Positions 29,609 to 38,535 of a stretch of 64,000 nucleotides of DNA are shown in pieces (within the stretch, counting starts at the first letter, position 1; every line of letters starts with the position of its first letter). The stretch is taken from NCBI GenBank assembly GCA_041485285.1, contig JBGPJF010000004.1, positions 24,468-88,467 on the forward strand, written 5' to 3'. The notes beneath the pieces are model-generated. The model was given only the letters and a program-made list of their open reading frames with translations. It had not been told where the DNA came from and did no database searches. Origin of the DNA: Thermoplasmata archaeon (GTDB lineage Archaea > Thermoplasmatota > DTKX01 > DATEUP01). The translations under genes were made by a program, and so were the position numbers.

Positions 29609-31402
29609 GTGGCGTTCGACTTTCTCTCGCTCGCGGTCGTTACGATCGCCGCGTTCGTGGGCGCCGTCGTGGCGTCCAAGCTCGGCCAATCGGTGATCCT
29701 GGGCTACCTCGTCATCGGGATTGCCCTTGGCAACCTGAACACATGGTTTTTCCAGCCGCAGACGGGCGTGAACCTCGTCGAGTCGCCCACCGTCATCGCG
29801 CTCTCCGACCTCGGCATCGCATTCCTCCTGTTCTTCGTCGGGCTCGAGTTCTCCGTGCGGAAACTGCGCACCGCCGGCAAGCCCTCGACGATCCTCGCGT
29901 TCGTGGATTACGGCGTCCTGATCTTCTCCGGGTTCCTGGTCGGGGCCGCCTTCGGCTGGGGCCCGGTCGAGTCCCTGTTCCTCGGCGGCATCATGGCGAT
30001 GTCGTCGCTCGGGATCGCGGCCAAGAGCCTCATCGACCTCAAGCGGCTCGACGGCGCGCACCCGGAGACTGAGGTGCTCCTCGGGTCGATGGTCGTCGAG
30101 AACTTCCTGTCGATGATCCTGCTCACGATCTCCGTGGGGTGGGTCGCCGGCCAAGGCACCACCGTCGCCATCCTCCACTCCGTCCAGGGCGCCGCTATCA
30201 TCTACGGCGGGTTCCTCGCGGCCGCCGTCTTCCTCACGCCGCGGCTTGCCGCGGCCCTGTCGCGGATCAAGAACGAGGAGGTGTTCGTCCTCCTCGCCCT
30301 AACGTTGATCTTCGCCTCCGCCGGCCTTGCCGTCGGCTTCGGCACGCCGTTCATCCTCGGGACGTTCTTCATCGGCATGGCCTTTTCGGAGACGAAACTC
30401 ACCGACCGCCTCCAACTCAAGCTCTCCACCTTCCGCGACGCGTTCGTGGCCGTGTTCTTCGTCCACTTCGGCATGAACATCGCCGTCGACCTCATCCCTG
30501 GCGTGTTCCCGCTCCTCATGGTCTGCGTGGTCGTCGTGCTCATCGACGAGGTGCTCATCCTCTCGGCGTTCTCCGTGCTCCTCGGCTTTGGCAAGCGCGC
30601 GGCGGTCGCCATCGGCACCGCGGCCTGCGGCCGCAGCGAGGACGCGATCATCTACGCGTCGCTCGGCTCGAACCTCAGCCGCACCGAGGGGGGCGTCACG
30701 GTGCCGGCGCTTGCCCACTCGCGCGAGTTCTTCCCGCTTGCCGGCGGGCTTGCGCTCATCACTTCGGCCATCACCCCCGTGCTCATGCGGCGCAGCGAAT
30801 CGATCGCCTACGGCCTCGCGCGCTTCACGCCGCGCTCGATGCGCTTTGGCGGCCGCGTCATCGGCGCGATCTTCGGGGAATCGATCGGACCTCGCGCGCG
30901 CTCCCACCCGGCAACGCACGGCGACCCTGTCCTGCTCGCCCTCTGCGGAGCGTACCTGGTCCTCCTCGTCCCGCTCGCGTTCTCCTCGGGGCCCGGCCAC
31001 ACCGTCCTTGCGCCCTTTGTCCTGCTCATCTCCCTGTTCATCTGGCGCGAGGTGCGCATCGATGTCGAAGAGGCCGTCCCCAAGGTCGACTTCGCGCGCC
31101 TGCGCTTCCTTGTCCACGATGTCGCGTCGATCGCGCGCTACACGGCCTTCGTGGTGCTCATCCTGCTCCTGTTTGTCGACGCGGCCGCGTTCACCTTTGT
31201 CTACTCCTGGAAGTGGGCGGCCCTTGCGGGCGTCCTATGCCTGGCGGCCATTGGCCTCGCCTCCACCCGGATGATGCGCGCCATCACGCGGCCCCCGGCC
31301 CGGATGCTCGCCGACGACCTGCTCTCACGCGCCGAACTCGAGCGCCGCCACCGCCGCCGCAGCAGGGGGGAAAGCCGATCGAGCGCCCCAAAGAATTTAT
31401 GA
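29609..31402 (+). CDS. Monovalent cation:proton antiporter, CPA2 / Kef-type Na+(K+)/H+ exchanger
   Basis: GTG start. About 12 TM helices. N-terminal 'SKLGQSVILGYLVIGIALGNL' is typical of Kef/NapA-type exchangers. Confidence 0.8.
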   Translation: MAFDFLSLAVVTIAAFVGAVVASKLGQSVILGYLVIGIALGNLNTWFFQPQTGVNLVESPTVIALSDLGIAFLLFFVGLEFSVRKLRTAGKPSTILAFVDYGVLIFSGFLVGAAFGWGPVESLFLGGIMAMSSLGIAAKSLIDLKRLDGAHPETEVLLGSMVVENFLSMILLTISVGWVAGQGTTVAILHSVQGAAIIYGGFLAAAVFLTPRLAAALSRIKNEEVFVLLALTLIFASAGLAVGFGTPFILGTFFIGMAFSETKLTDRLQLKLSTFRDAFVAVFFVHFGMNIAVDLIPGVFPLLMVCVVVVLIDEVLILSAFSVLLGFGKRAAVAIGTAACGRSEDAIIYASLGSNLSRTEGGVTVPALAHSREFFPLAGGLALITSAITPVLMRRSESIAYGLARFTPRSMRFGGRVIGAIFGESIGPRARSHPATHGDPVLLALCGAYLVLLVPLAFSSGPGHTVLAPFVLLISLFIWREVRIDVEEAVPKVDFARLRFLVHDVASIARYTAFVVLILLLFVDAAAFTFVYSWKWAALAGVLCLAAIGLASTRMMRAITRPPARMLADDLLSRAELERRHRRRSRGESRSSAPKNL

Positions 31403-31456
31403 GACGATTCCCGTTGCGCGGCTCCGCCTCCACGAGGCGGCCTGGCTCAATTCCGT

Positions 31457-31528
31457 GCGGCTATAGTCTAGCGGTCAGGACTGGAGCTTCCCAAGCTCTA
31501 AACCCGGGTTCAAATCCCGGTGGCCGCA
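31457..31528 (+). tRNA. tRNA-Gly (anticodon CCC), no encoded CCA
   Basis: Cloverleaf by hand. Acceptor GCGGCTA/TGGCCGC plus discriminator A. D-stem AGTC/GACT. Anticodon stem GGAGC/GCTCT with loop TTCCCAA. T-arm CCGGG-TTCAAAT-CCCGG. Confidence 0.8.
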
Positions 31529-31602
31529 TTCCCTCTCCCCACGCGCACCGCGCGCCTCGCGAAAACGGAAACTATTTGGGCGGATGCCCGCCTGGCATTC
31601 GC

Positions 31603-34170
31603 GTGGCAGCCACCCCCCCGAAGCGGCGAGCGCTGGCGCTTGCTGTGGCGGCGCTGGTGGCCGTGAACATTCCGTTTGCCGGCGTGCTTGCGGCCCCCGC
31701 CCCCCTTGCCGTCACGCAGGTCCCCGTCAGCCTGTGGATCCACAGCGACTACACGCTCTCGATGGCGGGCAACGCGCAGGATAACCCCGCGGCCGACAGT
31801 CTAACGACCCTTCGTACTTGGACGATGTCCGACGGGTTCCAGAAGGACGAGTGCATCGAGGGCGTCGACATCGGCGGCGGGCACGTCGGTTTCCAGGTCG
31901 AACTCCAGCTCGCATGGGCCACGGGAATAAGTGCAACGCAAGAGCTCTCGTTCAAGGTCAAGGACGGGACGGTCGTGCTGGCAAACGGCACCTTCGGGGC
32001 CCCGCGGCCGGCGGGCTCCAACACGATTTGGAACCTCAACTTCACGGGCGAACGCAGCGGGTGCACCGTGCTGAGGGGCCACGCACTGGCCCTCGAAGTG
32101 CTTTCGACCGTCACGGCCGGGACGGCTTCCGCGACGGTTGCCAACATCCGCAACGCGCACATCGCGTTTGCCATTAGCGACCCGATCGCGCCGCTTGCCC
32201 ACACGGAAAGCCCCAAGGGCCCCGCGACCGCGTTTTACCCGAACGACATCGACGGCAACCGCGAGATCATCGTGAACGGGACGCTTGGAAACGCGTTCAC
32301 CGACGCGTTCGTGTCCGCCGTGCGCCTCACCTTCAAGGACCCCTCGGGCAACGCGGTCAACAACGCGACGGGCGTTGTCTCGAAGGACAACTGGACGTAC
32401 ACCTGGAGCTACCCGCGCAGCCCCGCTGGTGACTACAGCATCGCGGTCCAAGTCGAGGACACGCAGGGCCACCTGTACAACACCTCGACCGCGTTCACCT
32501 TCGTCGGCTACGGCCTGCAGATCAACGCGCAGGGGGCGGCCGGCGGGCAGGTGACCCGCTACACGACGCAAGGCGCGTGCGCCGCCTACGACCTCACCGT
32601 CACGAACATCGGGGGCGCCGCCACGAGCGTGAGCATGTTCAAGGAGACTGGCGACCCCCCGAGCTGGCACACGAACTTCACGAAGGCGACGCTCTCGCTT
32701 GACCCCGGTGAGTCGGACACCACGACGTTCAATGCGTGCCCCGACGCCCAACTTGGCCCCGGCACCTCGACCCAGATCACGGTCGTCGCGCGGGCCAACG
32801 ACGACCCCCTGCAGCTGGCCAAGGACAGCCTGGAGACCACGACGATCATCGAGCGCGAGATCGAGCTCGAGATCGCTCCCCCTTCGACGACCGCCAATGT
32901 TAAGCTCGCCGGGTTTGCCACCTACGACTTCACGATCACGAACCACGGCGGGCTCTCCACGGATGTCACCCTCAACGCCACCGCCGCGCCCTCGGGCTGG
33001 GACCGCGCGCTGAACGGCTCGGGGCTCGTCGAGGAGGCCGGCGGGTATCGCCTGCCGGGCCTTGCCGCCGGCGCTTCGGTGGTGCTCACCCTTTCCGTGC
33101 AGGCCCCGAGCGCGGCCACGCCCGACACGACGTTCGTGTGCACCGTCACGGCAAGGTCGGTCGAGAACGCCTCGGCCGTGTCCACCTTCGTGGCGACGAC
33201 CTTCCTCGTGCTCGGCATCGAAATCATCCAGACCTCGCTGCCCGTCCAGCCCGAGTCCGACCCAAACCGCGACGTGGACTATCAGTTCGAGCTCACGAAC
33301 ACCGACCCGCTGGCTAAGCACCTGGTCAACAACTCGGACATCTCGGTGTCCGAGCTGGGCACGCCGCAGACCATCAAGGGCGTCGACGGCGGCGACATCA
33401 CCATTTCCCCGCCCATCGACTGCTGCGACCCGGCCACCTCGCAGGTGGTCGGCATCACCGTCACGCTGCCGGCGCACGCGCGGTCGGGCAAGTACCAATT
33501 CACGCTCTCCGTCCAGTTCGACAACGACCCCACCCACGTCGCCACGCTGAACTTCACGCTGCTCGTGAAGCGGGTCGTCGACTACTTCCTCGTCATCGAC
33601 GGCAAGCCCTCGCAGATCATCCTTAACGGCACCGGCGCGACCGTCATCCATGCGGCGATCGTGAGCCAAGGCAACGCGCCGGTCTCCGTCGAGGTCACAG
33701 GCAAGATCATGAAAGGCGATACCGAGGACTCGTCGTGGACGCTGCGCCTGCTTGACGCCACGGGGTCGGAGCTTTCGTCCACCATCGTGCTGCAGCCGGG
33801 GGCCGAAATGCGCATCGGCATTTCGATCATGGCCTCGAGCGCATCGCTGAACGGCGAGCACCGCGACTTCACCTTCCACATGAACGAGGCGCTGTCGTCG
33901 CGCACGCCGTGGGACCTGGCCCCGCCCGTCGACCTTGTCGTCGACCTCGACCCGGCGACCGTGTTCACCCGGATGTGGCAGCAAAACGTGCTGCTCGTCG
34001 TCATGTTTGTGCTGCTCGCGTCGGTGGCCGCCTGGATGGCCAAGCGCGCGTTGGCCGGGGGGGCCCCTGCCAAGCCCGCGCCGCCGCCAGCCCCCAAGGT
34101 CCCCGAAAAGAAGCCCGCCGCCGAGAAGGGGACGGGGACTACGTCAGCAGCTGGGCCCCCGAAGGCGTGA
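31603..34170 (+). CDS. Cell-surface protein with CARDB/DUF11-like beta-sandwich repeats, a C-terminal TM helix and a Lys/Pro-rich tail. The track ORF (30139-34170) is artificially extended upstream through the tRNA and the antiporter gene.
   Basis: Proposed GTG start gives signal peptide 'VAATPPKRRALALAVAALVAVNIPFAGVLAAPAP'. Repeats 'LTVTNIGGAATSV', 'FTITNHGGLSTDV'. C-terminus 'VLLVVMFVLLASVAAWMAKRAL...KPAPPPAPKVPEKK'. Confidence 0.6.
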   Translation: MAATPPKRRALALAVAALVAVNIPFAGVLAAPAPLAVTQVPVSLWIHSDYTLSMAGNAQDNPAADSLTTLRTWTMSDGFQKDECIEGVDIGGGHVGFQVELQLAWATGISATQELSFKVKDGTVVLANGTFGAPRPAGSNTIWNLNFTGERSGCTVLRGHALALEVLSTVTAGTASATVANIRNAHIAFAISDPIAPLAHTESPKGPATAFYPNDIDGNREIIVNGTLGNAFTDAFVSAVRLTFKDPSGNAVNNATGVVSKDNWTYTWSYPRSPAGDYSIAVQVEDTQGHLYNTSTAFTFVGYGLQINAQGAAGGQVTRYTTQGACAAYDLTVTNIGGAATSVSMFKETGDPPSWHTNFTKATLSLDPGESDTTTFNACPDAQLGPGTSTQITVVARANDDPLQLAKDSLETTTIIEREIELEIAPPSTTANVKLAGFATYDFTITNHGGLSTDVTLNATAAPSGWDRALNGSGLVEEAGGYRLPGLAAGASVVLTLSVQAPSAATPDTTFVCTVTARSVENASAVSTFVATTFLVLGIEIIQTSLPVQPESDPNRDVDYQFELTNTDPLAKHLVNNSDISVSELGTPQTIKGVDGGDITISPPIDCCDPATSQVVGITVTLPAHARSGKYQFTLSVQFDNDPTHVATLNFTLLVKRVVDYFLVIDGKPSQIILNGTGATVIHAAIVSQGNAPVSVEVTGKIMKGDTEDSSWTLRLLDATGSELSSTIVLQPGAEMRIGISIMASSASLNGEHRDFTFHMNEALSSRTPWDLAPPVDLVVDLDPATVFTRMWQQNVLLVVMFVLLASVAAWMAKRALAGGAPAKPAPPPAPKVPEKKPAAEKGTGTTSAAGPPKA

Positions 34171-35047
34171 TCAGCACCGTGTGCTCGTGCTGGGACACGA
34201 AGCCGCTCCCCTTCTCGACGAGCACCGGGTACGCGTAGATCACGCCCGCGCTCTTCAGCAGCTTCACGCTCTTCTTGGGGTCTTTGCAGAGGTCCTTGCA
34301 CCACCGCGCCGCAAACGGCAGGAAGGGGTGCGCGCGCTCGATGGCGTCCATCAGCACGGCGGCGTCGGGGTCCTTGACCTTGCGCCGCCCCTGGAACCGG
34401 TAGATGTTGCCCGGCGGGCCGTTCAGCACCTCCCCGTCGCCGCTGGTGGCGAAGGGCTCGATGGCGAAGACCTCGTAGGCCCTTGCGACCTCCTTGCTCG
34501 TCGTCTTCACATTGGGCACCGACTTGCCCGCGTGGAGGAGGTTGCGGGCGATGAGGTGGCCCGTGAGGTTGGAGATCGGCTTGAACCCGAAGGCGCCGAT
34601 CGTCTGCTCGATCGCCTCGCCCACCTTGGCAAGCTGCATGTCGGGGCCGATGGTCTCGACGCCGGCGGCAAGGGCATCGCGCGAAGCGCGGACAAGTTGG
34701 GAAAAGCGCCGGCCTCCGCCGACCTCGACGGTGGCCGCCGAGTCCGCGGGGTACCCGTCGACGTGGGCGCCGATGTCGACCTTGTACACTTGGCCCGCCT
34801 CGAACACGCGCGCGTCGCCGATGTCCGGGGTGTAGTGGGCCGCCCAGAAGTCCGCCGACAGGTTGAGCGGGAAGGCGGGGGCGGCGCCCTCGGCTCGGAT
34901 GTACCCCTCGACCTTTTCGGCCACCTCTTCCAACTTCGACCCTGGCACGCAGAGGGAGATGGCCATGTCGCGTGCGCGCGCGGTGATCTTGCCGGCCTTG
35001 CGCCACTTTTCAATGGCGTCGTCCGAGAGGGGGCCGTCCTTGGCCAT
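34139..35047 (-). CDS. map: Methionine aminopeptidase, type 2 (archaeal). Start at the internal Met 'MAKDGPLSDD'; the track ORF is extended to 35629.
   Basis: Sequence 'WRKAGKITARARDMAISLCVPG...AAHYTPDIGDARVFEAGQVYKVDIGAHVDGYPADSA...HEHTVLIT'. Confidence 0.85.
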   Translation of the reverse strand: MAKDGPLSDDAIEKWRKAGKITARARDMAISLCVPGSKLEEVAEKVEGYIRAEGAAPAFPLNLSADFWAAHYTPDIGDARVFEAGQVYKVDIGAHVDGYPADSAATVEVGGGRRFSQLVRASRDALAAGVETIGPDMQLAKVGEAIEQTIGAFGFKPISNLTGHLIARNLLHAGKSVPNVKTTSKEVARAYEVFAIEPFATSGDGEVLNGPPGNIYRFQGRRKVKDPDAAVLMDAIERAHPFLPFAARWCKDLCKDPKKSVKLLKSAGVIYAYPVLVEKGSGFVSQHEHTVLITPSGAQLLT

Positions 35048-35121
35048 TGGAGTCCGGCGAGCACGAGCGTGGGGAAAAGCCCTTTGGGTCGCTTGCGCCG
35101 GCCGGTCGGGCCCCGCGCGGC

Positions 35122-35778
35122 TCACCGCAGCACTTCGAAGGCGCGCAGCGCCGAGCGAAGTTCGGCCTCGTTCAACTGCCCCGGCCTTCGCACCGTGACA
35201 GGGCGCACGGAGAAGTCCACGATCGCGCTCGGGATCCCCGCCGAAGGCAGCGGCGTGCGCACCTCGATGTCCGCCGCCTCGCGCGCGGCCGTGGACACAT
35301 CGCGCAGGTTCTCGGGGGGCGGGGAGCCGTGCTTGTTCGCGCTTGTCGAGGCGATCGGGTGGCAGGAGCGAAGGACCGCCCGCAGGAACGGGTGCGTGAT
35401 GACGCGCACCGCGACCGAGGTGTTCCCGTCCTCGTCGTGGCTCGGGAAGATGAGCGTCATCGGCACGCGCACCGCGTCCATGAGGCGGCCGAGGCCCCGT
35501 AGGCTCACGGCTTCGAGGTCTGCGAGCATCTCGACCGACGGCAGGTCGGGGAAGAGGTAGATGAACTGCTCCCGCGGGCGCTCCTTGAACGCGCACAGGC
35601 GGTTCATCGCGGCGTCGGCGTCGAACCACGCGTGCAGCCCGGGCACCGTGTCGGTGTCCGATAGGACAATGAGGCCAAGCTTCAGCGCCTGCTCGTACTG
35701 GGCCGCCGCGCCGCAGTGGCAGCCCGAGGCGGCGACCTCAGCCCTGGCTTCTTGGCAGGTGACGATCTTCCGGGCCAT
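35122..35778 (-). CDS. YrdC/Sua5-family protein (threonylcarbamoyl-AMP synthase-like, short form)
   Basis: Sequences 'LIVLSDTDTVPGLHAW' (TDTVYGL motif) and 'STSANKHGSPP' (SANxSG motif). Confidence 0.75.
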   Translation of the reverse strand: MARKIVTCQEARAEVAASGCHCGAAAQYEQALKLGLIVLSDTDTVPGLHAWFDADAAMNRLCAFKERPREQFIYLFPDLPSVEMLADLEAVSLRGLGRLMDAVRVPMTLIFPSHDEDGNTSVAVRVITHPFLRAVLRSCHPIASTSANKHGSPPPENLRDVSTAAREAADIEVRTPLPSAGIPSAIVDFSVRPVTVRRPGQLNEAELRSALRAFEVLR

Positions 35779-35825
35779 CTGGGGAAATTACGGCAATATT
35801 GCACTTGATCCTTTGCCCCCGAGGT

Positions 35826-36548
35826 TCAGGGCCGGATTTCATCCCACGTGGCGGCCCACGCGTCGAGCAGGTCGTCCCCGAACGACTTCTTGTGGGCGAG
35901 CAGCACCTTGGCCACTTCGCGCTCGTTGAGGACGGTGAAGTAGGTCTCGCGGCCCTCGCGCCTGCGGGAGAGGATCCCGCGCTTCTCGAGTTTCTTGAGG
36001 TGGTAGTGGAGGGTGGAGCCGGAGATCGAGAAGGCTTCGCGCACCTGCCCGAAGTTCAACCCCGGGTTGAGCAGCAGGTGCATAACGATGCGCCGCGGGA
36101 TTTCCTGGCGCAGCGCGCCGATGAGCTCGCGGTCCAAGCCCCCCATTTGGCCCGCGACGTAGTAGCGGCGGTAGATCCCGTCCTCGCGCTCGGTCACAAG
36201 CTCGAGGCGGACGAGTTCGCGCAGGTGGTACTCGACGGTGCCAAGCGGCAGCTGCAGGGCCTGCTGCACCCCGCGCAGGTGGGTGCCCGGGAAGTCGCGG
36301 ACGAACTCGAAGATGATCTGGCGCGTGGATCGCGGGGGCGTGCGGTCGCGGCGCGAGCGCAGCGGGGTCGGCGTCCCTCCCGGCGCCGGCCCCGGCGGCG
36401 GGGCGGGCGGCCCTGAAGGCGGAGGCGGGGGAGGCGGCGGGGCAGGCGGCGCAGGCGGGGGAGGCGGCGGGGCAGGCGGAGGCGCAGCGGCGGCCGCGGG
36501 CCCCGGCGTGGGCGTCGCTCTTCGCTCCGGGGCCCCGTCGTCTGCCAT
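35826..36548 (-). CDS. Transcriptional regulator with two tandem winged-helix (ArsR/TrmB-like) domains and an about 60-aa poly-proline N-terminal tail
   Basis: wHTH1 'FEFVRDFPGTHLRGVQQALQLPLGTVEYHLRELVRLELVTER'. wHTH2 'IVMHLLLNPGLNFGQVREAFSISGSTLHYHLKKLEKRGILSRR'. N-terminus 'PPPAPPPPPPAPPAPPPPPPPPSGPPAPPPGPAPG'. Confidence 0.65.
   Translation of the reverse strand: MADDGAPERRATPTPGPAAAAAPPPAPPPPPPAPPAPPPPPPPPSGPPAPPPGPAPGGTPTPLRSRRDRTPPRSTRQIIFEFVRDFPGTHLRGVQQALQLPLGTVEYHLRELVRLELVTEREDGIYRRYYVAGQMGGLDRELIGALRQEIPRRIVMHLLLNPGLNFGQVREAFSISGSTLHYHLKKLEKRGILSRRREGRETYFTVLNEREVAKVLLAHKKSFGDDLLDAWAATWDEIRP
36415..36500. repeat. Imperfect tandem repeat of about 30 nt (x2-3) inside the poly-Pro coding region of the regulator gene
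   Basis: Sequence 'aggcgggggaggcggcggggcaggcggcgc / aggcgggggaggcggcggggcaggcggaggcgc'. Codes PPPPAPPAPPPP on the minus strand. Likely length-polymorphic. Confidence 0.6.
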
Positions 36549-36647
36549 TTTTCCACCTCCTTTTCTGTTACGTTCTCAACCGGTCGCTTGCAGCCCTCCC
36601 CGCACGCGACCACCGTTTACTGCCGTTTCCTCACCTCCCCCCGGTCT

Positions 36648-36974
36648 TCACTTCATGATGAGCGACAGGTACAGCAGCAGCAGGATCACGAGGTCCACCA
36701 GCAGCAGCACCGTGTCGACGGGCACGATCGCCACGGCCGCGAAAATCGACAGGGCCGTGAGTAAGCCTTTGAGCGCGAAGGCGGCGAAGGCGGCGGTCAC
36801 CCAGATGAGGCGGCGGTTCCCGGTGCGGTGCAGCGACAGCCACGTTGTCCCGGCAAGCCCGATGGACAGCACGATCACGCCTGCAGCCAGCACCACGTCG
36901 ATTACACTCGTCACGCTCTCGTCCTCCGCGACCTTGCTTCCCTTGCCCGGTGCACGCGCGCGAAGCGCAAGCAA
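36648..36974 (-). CDS. Small membrane protein (3 TM)
   Basis: Sequence 'VIDVVLAAGVIVLSIGLAGTTWLSL...LIWVTAAFAAFALKGLLTALSIFAAVAIV...LLLVDLVILLLLYLSLIMK'. Confidence 0.4.
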   Translation of the reverse strand: MLALRARAPGKGSKVAEDESVTSVIDVVLAAGVIVLSIGLAGTTWLSLHRTGNRRLIWVTAAFAAFALKGLLTALSIFAAVAIVPVDTVLLLVDLVILLLLYLSLIMK

Positions 36975-36995
36975 GAGGGCCGCCTGCGGCGGACC

Positions 36996-38429
36996 TCAGT
37001 ACTTCTTCGCGCGCGCGTACACCGAGAAGAAGAACATCGCCGAAACGGCGGCAAGCGCCGCGGCAAACACCAGGGCCGACGGGCGGGGGGGCGCAGGCGG
37101 GGCAGGCGGGACGCCAAGCGGCGGCGGGGCCGGGTTCACCACGACGCCGGCAAGCGGGTCGAGGCCGACGGAGGCAAGCGTCGGCCCGGCGGGGGCCGCA
37201 AGGTAAAGCGTGAGCGTTTGGTTGTTGAGCGCGCGCGAGGCCGACACCTGCGCGAAGCGCTGCTGGCCGGAGGCGAGCGCCTGGTCGGCGAGCGTGAGCC
37301 ACGCGAAGTATCCGATGACCGCTCCCGTCGCGTTCACGGCGGTGACGCGCTCCAGGTCGGCGGGGGTGCTCGACGCGATCGGCGCATTCGAGAGGTTTCC
37401 GGCCGCGGGGTCCAGCCGTTCATAGCCGCCCGGGCCGGCCACGAGGTAGGTGGCGCCCGCGGCCTGCGCCTTCAGGTCGACCTGGAACGCGAGGTCGCTG
37501 CCGGGCAGCGTGCCGTTGAGGCGCATGCGCAGGTCGACCTTGAGCTCGAAGCCGCCGAGCACGGGCACCGGCAGCGGCCCCGGCGCGGTGCCGTTGCGCT
37601 GTGTGATGAGGAAGGAAAGCGAAGCTTCCGCACCCACGGGCGTTGGGCACCAAGTGCCCGTGAACTGAACGGGGGCCGACAGCGTGAAGCGAACGAAGCT
37701 GCCGAAGTCGGGCGAGGGGCCGACATCGAGCGACACAAGCGCCCACGGGGCCCCGCCAAGGTCGGCCGCGCACAGCGCTTCGGAGCCGTTGAACGCGCCG
37801 TTGCCGTCGGTGTCGGCAAACGCCACGGCCCGCTCAAAGGTCGCCTCGATGCCCGTGAGGGACCCGCCTGACGGCGCGAAGCGCAGTTGCGGTCGCGTCA
37901 AGTTCACGGTCGCGTTCATCCACGGGGAGGCAAGCTGCACTTGGCCTGGCCCCACCTGCAGGCGCGGCCGGTCGCCAAGCGGCGTCGGCTCGAAGTCCGA
38001 CGCAAGGTACGGCGGCGAGGTGAACGATGCGTTCTCGTCGAACGCCCCCGAAGGCGCCGAGGTGAGCCGCACCGTCAGCGTGTACGGCCCGTCAAGCTGC
38101 TTCTCGCTGATCGTGGGACCTTCAATGCGCACCGTCAGCACCGCAGCGCCGGCCTGCAGGTTGGCCTGCGATGAGGTGGATGCAACGACCGTGCCGCCCG
38201 CCGGCCAGATCAGGGTCGCATTGGCGAGGTAATTGCCCGTCGCCGGCGGCGAGAGCGCCAGCGTGATGTTGAGGTAGTCGTCGAGCCCGTTGCCGCTTGT
38301 GTCCACCGCGTCGAAGTCCGCGCGCACGATCGAGGCGGAGGGGTCTGCGTGCCCCGCGGGGACGAATGACGCGAGGAGCGCCAGCGCCGCAATGAAAATG
38401 GCGCGCGCCCGGGCCCGTCCATCCCCCAC
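36996..38429 (-). CDS. Secreted/surface protein with a C-terminal TM anchor (PAPPAPP linker, hydrophobic helix, KKY)
   Basis: Signal-like 'ARAIFIAALALLASFVPAGHADPSAS'. C-terminus 'PPAPPAPPRPSALVFAAALAAVSAMFFFSVYARAKKY'. Beta-rich and Asn-X-Thr rich. Confidence 0.5.
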   Translation of the reverse strand: MGDGRARARAIFIAALALLASFVPAGHADPSASIVRADFDAVDTSGNGLDDYLNITLALSPPATGNYLANATLIWPAGGTVVASTSSQANLQAGAAVLTVRIEGPTISEKQLDGPYTLTVRLTSAPSGAFDENASFTSPPYLASDFEPTPLGDRPRLQVGPGQVQLASPWMNATVNLTRPQLRFAPSGGSLTGIEATFERAVAFADTDGNGAFNGSEALCAADLGGAPWALVSLDVGPSPDFGSFVRFTLSAPVQFTGTWCPTPVGAEASLSFLITQRNGTAPGPLPVPVLGGFELKVDLRMRLNGTLPGSDLAFQVDLKAQAAGATYLVAGPGGYERLDPAAGNLSNAPIASSTPADLERVTAVNATGAVIGYFAWLTLADQALASGQQRFAQVSASRALNNQTLTLYLAAPAGPTLASVGLDPLAGVVVNPAPPPLGVPPAPPAPPRPSALVFAAALAAVSAMFFFSVYARAKKY

Positions 38430-38535
38430 GCAAGCGGCCTCCCCACACCAGGGCCGCCTCGAAAAGCCCCTGGCTCGCTACTAAAGCGTTGTCCTACAGG
38501 GGTCGAAAGCACCGCGTACGAGTCGCAATCGCGCA

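Noticed and set aside
30139-31602. N-terminal 480 codons of the 1343-aa track ORF 30139-34170
   Set aside because: This part overlaps the CPA2 antiporter gene in another frame and reads straight through the tRNA-Gly gene. The real surface-protein gene begins after the tRNA (GTG at about 31603) with a clear signal peptide.
35048-35629. N-terminal extension of the track ORF 34139-35629 (map)
   Set aside because: Met aminopeptidase homology starts at the internal 'MAKDGPLSDD' (35047). The upstream approx. 190 codons are Arg/Pro-rich junk overlapping the YrdC gene.
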